NCBI GenBank assembly: GCA_965279515.1
Contig: CBDIID010000003.1
Span: 3,392,001-3,456,000 of the forward strand
DNA length: 64,000 nucleotides
Origin: Turneriella sp.
Lineage (GTDB): Bacteria; Spirochaetota; Leptospiria; Turneriellales; Turneriellaceae
Direction: 5' to 3'
The notes below the pieces were generated by a model that was given only the letters and a program-made list of their open reading frames with translations, made no database searches and was not told the DNA's origin. Position numbers and translations under genes: made by a program. Of the stretch, positions 57,875 through 64,000 are shown piece by piece (within the stretch, counting starts at the first letter, position 1; each line of letters starts with the position of its first letter).

Positions 57875-57990
57875 GGATACAGGGCAAATCCGTCGTGTTG
57901 AATCAGCGCGTCGCCGTATTTTTATCCGGCATAAACTGACGCGCGGGAAAAATCAGTTAGGGCCTCCTTCAAACGCGAAGGGCCCAAGTT

Positions 57991-58054
57991 TTCGAACATG
58001 TTCAAAAAATTGGGCGACCGAGCCTCTCTTGTCTAATTTGAACATGTTCAAATT
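57991..58054. promoter_or_regulatory. Two palindromic operators, probably for the downstream TetR
   Basis: Perfect 20-bp AATTTGAACATGTTCAAATT (58035-58054) and TTCGAACATGTTCAAA (57991-58006). Confidence 0.75.
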
Positions 58055-58066
58055 TCAGGAGGGAAT

Positions 58067-58885
58067 ATGCTGAAAAAAACAATAATCATGGCCATGCTGC
58101 TCGCAGCCTGGCCGGCCTTCGCGGCTGAGACGGCGCTGCACCGCGCTGTCAGAACCGACGGTGTGGCAAGTGTTCAGAAGCTCATACCCGGCGCCGCTCT
58201 CGATGCGCGCGACAAGGAGGGCAAGACGCCGCTTTTTGTCGCTGCCGAGGCAGACCGGGTCGACCTGGTGCGCATTCTTGCCGATGCGGGTGCTGCTTTG
58301 AACCCCACCGATGCGCAGCAAAACACGCTGCTACACGTGGCGGCATTGCGCGGCAATACCGAGCTCGCGGTATACCTGATCGATGCGAAAGCGAATGTAC
58401 ATGCGAAGAACCGCCGCAACCTGCTTCCCGTCGATATCGCCGAAGCTGCGGGCAACCGTGAGATCGTGCGCTTACTCATCGCCAATGGCAGCCCCGCACC
58501 GCGCGGGCAGTGGAATGCTCTGACCCTGGTGCTCTACGGGCTCTATCTTGCCATCAGCATTGCGCTGACGGTCTGGGTCGCGCGTACGCTCTCGAAGAAC
58601 GGCCGCATCTTTCTCGTCGATGCCTTTGTTGGTAACGAGAAGCTCGCCGATGCAGTGAATCATTTGCTTGTCGTTGGGTTTTATCTTATCAACATCGGCT
58701 ACCTGACGCTGGCGCTGCGTGAGAAAGAAAAACCCAAAACTGTGGAAGACACGATTGAAACGCTCAGTCTCAAGGTCGGCATGGTGCTGCTGATTCTCGG
58801 CTGCATGCACTTCTTCAACATGTTCATGTTCGGCAGGCTGCGCCGCAAGGTTGCCGCGAAAGCTGAGCTCAAAGCGCACGCCTGA
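58067..58885 (+). CDS. Secreted ankyrin-repeat domain fused to a 3-TM membrane domain
   Basis: Signal peptide; GKTPL..AA and T.LH.AA..G ankyrins; C-terminal Y..YLAISIALT.WV.RTL..NG..FL..F ... VN.LLVVGFYL.N.GY ... LG.MH.FN. Confidence 0.82.
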   Translation: MLKKTIIMAMLLAAWPAFAAETALHRAVRTDGVASVQKLIPGAALDARDKEGKTPLFVAAEADRVDLVRILADAGAALNPTDAQQNTLLHVAALRGNTELAVYLIDAKANVHAKNRRNLLPVDIAEAAGNREIVRLLIANGSPAPRGQWNALTLVLYGLYLAISIALTVWVARTLSKNGRIFLVDAFVGNEKLADAVNHLLVVGFYLINIGYLTLALREKEKPKTVEDTIETLSLKVGMVLLILGCMHFFNMFMFGRLRRKVAAKAELKAHA

Positions 58886-58895
58886 CCAGCCGTAA

Positions 58896-59594
58896 ATGAA
58901 AGACAAATCCCCCGGGGTGCAAAAGAAAAAAAATCCGGGGGAGAAATCCGCAGAAACGCGGCGGCACATATATAAAACGGCGCTGGGCCTGTTTCGCAAG
59001 AACGGCTTCGAAGAGACTACCATGCGCCAGGTTGCCGCCGAAGCGGGGGTGGCGCTGGGCGGGGCGTACTACTATTTCAAAAGCAAAGACGAAGTCGTGA
59101 TGGAATTCTACCGTGATTCGCAGGCTGAGGCCGTCGCGGGTCTCGAAGGTATACTTAAAGAAGAAAAGCGTTTAGGCGCGCGGTTGATACGCATGACCGA
59201 AGAGCGGCTCACGCTTTTCAGACCCTATAAAAAGCTGATGTGGGTTTTAGCGCGTAACGCGGTCTTGCCTGACCACCCGCTGTCGCCGTTCGGCGACGCC
59301 ACGGCCTCGATCCGCGGTGAGGCCGTGGCGCTTTTCGAAAGGTGTATTGCCGACGCGAAACCATCCGCCCCGAAGCTTGCTGAAAGTCTGCCGATGCTGC
59401 TTTGGCTCTACCAGATGGGTATCATCTTCTTCTGGATTACCGATACCAGCAAAGACGAGTGGCGAACCCGCCGCCTGCTGCACACGACAGCGCAGATTCT
59501 CGAAACCCTGATCGGTTATTCGTCGCTGCCGATTTTCAAGGGGACTCTGCAAAAAATCTCGGATCTGGTAACCGGGCTTTCGGAAAAGCGCTAA
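58896..59594 (+). CDS. TetR family transcriptional regulator
   Basis: A..LF...GFE.TTMR.VA..AGV..G..YYYF.SK; SPF; LW...MG...FW..D.S....RT. Confidence 0.93.
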   Translation: MKDKSPGVQKKKNPGEKSAETRRHIYKTALGLFRKNGFEETTMRQVAAEAGVALGGAYYYFKSKDEVVMEFYRDSQAEAVAGLEGILKEEKRLGARLIRMTEERLTLFRPYKKLMWVLARNAVLPDHPLSPFGDATASIRGEAVALFERCIADAKPSAPKLAESLPMLLWLYQMGIIFFWITDTSKDEWRTRRLLHTTAQILETLIGYSSLPIFKGTLQKISDLVTGLSEKR

Positions 59595-59609
59595 CCCTGC
59601 AAGGGCGTT

Positions 59610-60722
59610 TCACAGACCCAGCTTACCCAGCGCAAAGACATAGGCGCCGATGGAGACGGCCGTCGACGTTCCGAGCCGGCTGCGGCCGATTCCTGTGCGC
59701 TTCAACGCATCGTAGGTGATTATTTCTCCGCTCTCAGGGATGGTAATCTGTCGCATTTCACCCGCGAGAAATTTTGCGGTCGCATCGGAATTTTCCAGGT
59801 CAAAACAGCTGATCTCAAGCCGCGGCAGTTTCTTTTGCCTGTCATAACTTTCGATTCCGGCGTCGAGCGTGCGGAAGAGGGCGGGGGCAAAAAGCGGGTA
59901 GGCGTTGGATAGCCCCCCGCCCAGGACCACAAGACCGTCGATCAGGGTTACCACATCGGCGATGCAGTGCCCGAGATTTTCACCCAGTTCGGCATAGGCA
60001 CTGAGCGCCGCCGCTTTATCGCCCGCCGCCTCGCCCGATGCAATGAGAAAAATATCTTTTGCCGTGATATTTTCGGGAACCGGCGCGGCCGCATTCTTCG
60101 TATAGACGCGTTTTACCGCGCGTATGCTGGTACTCTCTTCAATGAACGTGTGGCCATAGCCCCGGTTGCGCATCAGCCAGACTTCGCCTGCGGCGGAATT
60201 ATCGCCGATGAAAAGTTCGCCGTTGCGGGCGATACCGCCGCCGAGTCCGGTGCCGATGGTGAAGCCGAAAAGATTTTGGAAACGTTTTGTGCTGCCCGCC
60301 TCGGCGAGCCGGTGATTGACTTCGGGTAAAAGTCCCGCAACCGCCTCGCCCAAGGTAAAGAGGTCGCCGTCGTTATTAATAAAGACGGGCAGGCCGAACC
60401 TGGCCTTGAGCATCGGCCCCAAAGGCACTCCGCCGCGAAAAGCCGGCAGGTTGCCCAGGTCGCCGATGATACCTTCGGGATAATACGAGGGGCCCGGGAA
60501 GGCGAAACTGATCGCCGCGGGTTTTCGCGGCATGCGGCCCAGCGTTTCGGCAAAGCCGTCGAAAATAGTTTTAAGGCAGAGTTCGAGATTTTCGGCATGT
60601 GAGGGCCGTTCGACAGGAGTTACAATTTCTTCGCCGCCGGCCATCGCCGAAAACGAAAGTTTGGTTCCGCCCGCGTCGAGGGTGAGAACGATGCGCGTGT
60701 CAGATTTATGCGGTAAGTCCAT
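59610..60722 (-). CDS. ROK family sugar kinase
   Basis: LDAGGT, FPGP, PVFINNDG, T.GTG.GGG, AGE, V.GGG. Confidence 0.9.
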   Translation of the reverse strand: MDLPHKSDTRIVLTLDAGGTKLSFSAMAGGEEIVTPVERPSHAENLELCLKTIFDGFAETLGRMPRKPAAISFAFPGPSYYPEGIIGDLGNLPAFRGGVPLGPMLKARFGLPVFINNDGDLFTLGEAVAGLLPEVNHRLAEAGSTKRFQNLFGFTIGTGLGGGIARNGELFIGDNSAAGEVWLMRNRGYGHTFIEESTSIRAVKRVYTKNAAAPVPENITAKDIFLIASGEAAGDKAAALSAYAELGENLGHCIADVVTLIDGLVVLGGGLSNAYPLFAPALFRTLDAGIESYDRQKKLPRLEISCFDLENSDATAKFLAGEMRQITIPESGEIITYDALKRTGIGRSRLGTSTAVSIGAYVFALGKLGL

Positions 60723-61881
60723 CTTTTTTATCCCGGGCGAACGCAAGAACAGTAAGGTAGAGCAGGCAAACCAAGGGCACGGCCAGGCTAACCGCGCCGC
60801 CCAAACGATCGGCGATAAAACTCGTGGCGGGGGGTATTATTGCCCCACCCGCAATCGCTGTCACCATCAACGCAGAAAGTTCATTGGCCTTTTGTGGTCG
60901 CGCTTCGATGGCGCGGGCAAAGATTAACGGAAAGATATTGGAAAACCCGGCGCCAATAGCGATGGCGGCGATAAATCCCACTTTGCCGCCGCCGAAGGCC
61001 AGCAACACGAGGCCCGCAACCGACACCAGGCATGAATAGGTAAAGAAGGTCTGTGGCGTTATGCGCGTCAGGATCACCGTGCCCGCAAAGCGCCCTGCCA
61101 TCAGCGATAGAAAAAACAGACCCGTGCCGGCCATGCCGAGGTCGGCAGCCTTATAACCATACCGCTGTTCCAGGTACGAAGGCAGCGTTGCACTGATCGA
61201 AACCTCGGCGCCCACATAGAGAAAAATGCCGACCACCATTTTGAGGGTATGTGTGTCGCGCAGCACGGCGAGACTTGCACTCAGCGATGCCGTTGTACTC
61301 CTTGTGCTTTCCGCCAGCGTTGTCTGGCGGGTACTGAAGACCACCAGCGTGACGAGCGTTACAGCCGCAAAAATAGCAAAGACGATTTCCCAGCGGTTAT
61401 CAAAATAACGGTAGGCGAGAATCGGGATAAGCGGAGCGCTTAAGGTGCCGATACCCTTGATGAACTGCCCCAGGGTCAGGTTGCGCGTATATTTGCCCGC
61501 GGCGGACAGTAAATGGAGAAGCGGAGGCGCACTGACCTGGAGAACGGTGACGCCGGAACCCAGAAGCAATACGGCCACCAGGTAACCTGCATAGGTTGCA
61601 AGCCCGGTGAGCGGCACCAACAGACCTGCGAGGACAAGTAACAGACCGCCGATCGTGGTAACCTTGCGCCCATATCGGTTCTGGAAAATGCCCGTGGGTA
61701 TCGAGAGCGTACCGAACATAATGAAGCCGGCAAACGCGATAAACGACGCCTCAAACTGCGTCAGCTGCAGCCGTGTTTTGACGAGTGAGACCAGCGGCCC
61801 GATGAGATCGCCGAAACCCATCACGAGAAATGCCAGGTAGACCGGGAGAATTCCGCGCAGCGTTGCCGCTTGCGCAGTCAT
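60706..61881 (-). CDS. MFS sugar transporter (FucP-like)
   Basis: LLG.G...LQV...P, GIFLYVGAEV, GRF.G, N.FP.IF, AI.GGA. Confidence 0.88.
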   Translation of the reverse strand: MTAQAATLRGILPVYLAFLVMGFGDLIGPLVSLVKTRLQLTQFEASFIAFAGFIMFGTLSIPTGIFQNRYGRKVTTIGGLLLVLAGLLVPLTGLATYAGYLVAVLLLGSGVTVLQVSAPPLLHLLSAAGKYTRNLTLGQFIKGIGTLSAPLIPILAYRYFDNRWEIVFAIFAAVTLVTLVVFSTRQTTLAESTRSTTASLSASLAVLRDTHTLKMVVGIFLYVGAEVSISATLPSYLEQRYGYKAADLGMAGTGLFFLSLMAGRFAGTVILTRITPQTFFTYSCLVSVAGLVLLAFGGGKVGFIAAIAIGAGFSNIFPLIFARAIEARPQKANELSALMVTAIAGGAIIPPATSFIADRLGGAVSLAVPLVCLLYLTVLAFARDKKDGLTA

Positions 61882-63284
61882 CGGCTGAACCTGCGGATTA
61901 CCTTGCGGTATTCTTTCGAGCCTTCGTTGAGTGTTCTTTTAAACGTCTTATAGTCGACGTGGTAAAGCCCGAACCTCTTGTCAAAACCTTCCAGCCATTC
62001 GAAATTATCCAGCAGCGACCAGTAATAAAAACCGCGCACATCGTAACCCGCCTTCAGCGCTTCGGAGAGTGCGTAGAGATGCTGGCGGATAAAGAGCCCG
62101 CGGCGGGTGTCATCCGCATCGGCAAGGCCGTTCTCAGTGACGATCATCGGTACCCCTAGCTCAGATACGCGCTGAATGGCGTAGAACAGCCCTTCGGGAT
62201 AGATGGCCCAGTCCATATCAGTCTTGGGAAAACCCGTCATCTGCACCCGGCTGAACCAGGCCGGCACAAAGGGATTGAATACCACCTCGGTGCGCGTATA
62301 ATAGTTGATACCGAAAAAATCCATGGCGCGGATGCCTTCAGCGTCTTCGAAGGCAAACGAGTCTTTGAAGGGCAGCGCGACATAGTATCTTCCGGTTTGG
62401 AAGAATTCGAGCATCGCGCCCATCCAGATGCGTTCTTCGATGTGCGCCGCCAGCCAGTCGAGGATGAACCACCTGTTATAAGGCCGGGCTTCGAGAACCG
62501 AGATGATGGCGCCGGTCTGGTGTTTTTTCGTGCGTGAGAGTTTTTTAAAACTTTTGTAGGTCGCGATATGCCCTTTCAGCATGTTTCGTGTGACCAGGCA
62601 GCTGAGAAAAAAATCTGTTTTGCCCGGGGGAAATCCCCCTTCAAGATAACCGCTCATCGGGTAGAGATTAAACTCGTTGAAGGTGCTCCAGTAGACAACG
62701 TCGCCCTGGTATTCCTGGAACATCCGTTCGGCATAACGCATCCAGTAGCGTAGATTTTCTTCTTTTTCAAAACCGCCTTTGGCCGAGAACCAAAGCGGAT
62801 CGGTGAAGTGGTGCAGCGTGATCATCGGTTCGATTCCCGCCGCCTTTAACTCGCGTATCAGGTTGCGGTAATGCTGGATTGCCTTATTGTCGAACTTGCC
62901 TTCTTCGGGTTCAATGCGGCTCCATTCAATCGAAAAACGGTAGGTATTGAGGCCAAACTCACGCATCAGTCTTACGTCTTCGCGGTACATCGCGTAGTGG
63001 TTCGCCGCGAGACCGGCCGTTTCACCGCGCGCGATGCGGGCTCTGCCGGTCCACTGCGGGGTGCGTTCCCAGACATACCAGTTGTTGTTGCTGATGCCCC
63101 CCTCGATTTGGTAGGCCGATGTCGAGGCGCCCCAGAGGAAGCGGTGCGGGAAATGGAGCTTGCGGGTATCAATGGTCCGCCAATCCCAGATCGGGTTGGG
63201 GTGCTTGTAATTGAGATAAATCGTCGCTGCGAAGTTACAGGCCAGAAGGACGCCTATGAACCAGAGGGGTCGCTTGAGTTTCAT
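61878..63284 (-). CDS. Glycoside hydrolase family 1 (beta-glucosidase-like) with N-terminal hydrophobic anchor
   Basis: FLWG.STSAYQIEG, YRFSIEWSRI.P, TL.HF, TFNE, VTENG, WSLLDNFEW; start could be 63317 or 63341. Confidence 0.93.
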   Translation of the reverse strand: MKLKRPLWFIGVLLACNFAATIYLNYKHPNPIWDWRTIDTRKLHFPHRFLWGASTSAYQIEGGISNNNWYVWERTPQWTGRARIARGETAGLAANHYAMYREDVRLMREFGLNTYRFSIEWSRIEPEEGKFDNKAIQHYRNLIRELKAAGIEPMITLHHFTDPLWFSAKGGFEKEENLRYWMRYAERMFQEYQGDVVYWSTFNEFNLYPMSGYLEGGFPPGKTDFFLSCLVTRNMLKGHIATYKSFKKLSRTKKHQTGAIISVLEARPYNRWFILDWLAAHIEERIWMGAMLEFFQTGRYYVALPFKDSFAFEDAEGIRAMDFFGINYYTRTEVVFNPFVPAWFSRVQMTGFPKTDMDWAIYPEGLFYAIQRVSELGVPMIVTENGLADADDTRRGLFIRQHLYALSEALKAGYDVRGFYYWSLLDNFEWLEGFDKRFGLYHVDYKTFKRTLNEGSKEYRKVIRRFSR

Positions 63285-63381
63285 AGCTAGCCTTGGCAAA
63301 GGCTTGTATTTCGGCATCCGGTAAAGTGGTTTGCGGCGCATATTGACCTCAAAAATCGATCATCCATTTTTTCGAGGGCAA

Positions 63382-64000
63382 ATGACGCCAGAAACCACAT
63401 CCAAATCCACACAAAAAATTCCGGGGGCAACCGTACGTTTTACCGGTGACTCGGGCGACGGCATGCAGCTTGTCGGCGCGCAGTTCACGCAGGTAACCGG
63501 CCTTGCCGGCAACGACGTGATGACGTTCCCTGACTTTCCCGCTGAGATACGCGCGCCGCAGGGCACGATTGCCGGCGTCTCGGGTTTCCAGGTGCACTTC
63601 GGCGACCACACGATCTATACGCCGGGCGATAAGGTGGATGTCCTTGTGGCGATGAACCCCGCCGCGCTGAAAGCGAATCTCAAAGATCTTAAAGAGCGCG
63701 GCGTCTTGCTCGTGAATTCTGACGAGTTCGACGAAAAGAATCTCGCGAAAGTCAATTATGCAACGAACCCGTTACTGGATGAAGCGCTCAAACAGAAGTA
63801 CCGCGTCATCGAAGCGCCGATCACCGAGTCGACGCGCCGTGCGCTCGCTGAGTCGGGCCTCACCACCAAAGAGATCGATCGCTGCAAAAACTTTTTCGCT
63901 CTGGGTTTAACCTACTGGATGTACCACCGCGACATCAACCTCACGAAAAAATGGCTCGAAGGCCAGTTCGCGAAAAAACCGCATCTCGCGAAGGCCAACA
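63382..64000 (+). CDS. 2-oxoacid:ferredoxin oxidoreductase subunit alpha, 3'-truncated by the window edge (not in the ORF track)
   Basis: ATG 63382: MTPETTSK...VRFTGDSGDGMQLVG.QF...TFPDFPAEIRAPQGT.AGVSGFQ...LVAMNPAALK...RCKNFFALG. Confidence 0.92.
   Translation, partial: MTPETTSKSTQKIPGATVRFTGDSGDGMQLVGAQFTQVTGLAGNDVMTFPDFPAEIRAPQGTIAGVSGFQVHFGDHTIYTPGDKVDVLVAMNPAALKANLKDLKERGVLLVNSDEFDEKNLAKVNYATNPLLDEALKQKYRVIEAPITESTRRALAESGLTTKEIDRCKNFFALGLTYWMYHRDINLTKKWLEGQFAKKPHLAKAN

Noticed and set aside
57991..58054. GAAC..GTTC palindromes as Gram-positive-type LexA (Cheo) boxes
   Set aside because: Spacing is GAAC-N2-GTTC rather than N4; the adjacent TetR is a simpler explanation

Overview
Gene-dense, GC-moderate bacterial chromosomal window. 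The gene content (metX-metW pair, multiple SpoIIE/PP2C-HAMP-TPR phosphatases, several STAS proteins, DUF2341-LamG lipoproteins, a TPR-Mrr-like protein) suggests a free-living spirochaete of the Leptospiraceae (Turneriella-like); this is an inference. It holds housekeeping genes (rplS, rnhB, metX, metW, purB, ald, metF, mutS, trpF, tRNA-Asn), partner-switching signalling modules, a LolCDE-like ABC exporter operon and a sugar cluster (GH1-MFS-ROK). The most notable signal is a dispersed family of C-rich/G-rich palindromic repeats, with 9 listed segments at 7 loci. They sit at gene junctions and in gene termini, where they supply stop codons, putative SD sequences and in-frame peptides. One pair brackets an internally deleted DUF559 (Vsr-like endonuclease) gene, suggesting a REP/REPIN-like system linked to DUF559 rather than to a RAYT. 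Other candidates are a divergent ketosynthase coupled to a 7TM-sensor/degenerate-AAA/Fis regulator, a ~1.1 kb beta-propeller cassette flanked by a duplicated gene 3' end, a three-way-junction inverted-repeat element upstream of rplS, and an operon with two adjacent apparent pseudo-enzymes. All family calls come from motif recognition by eye, not database searches.
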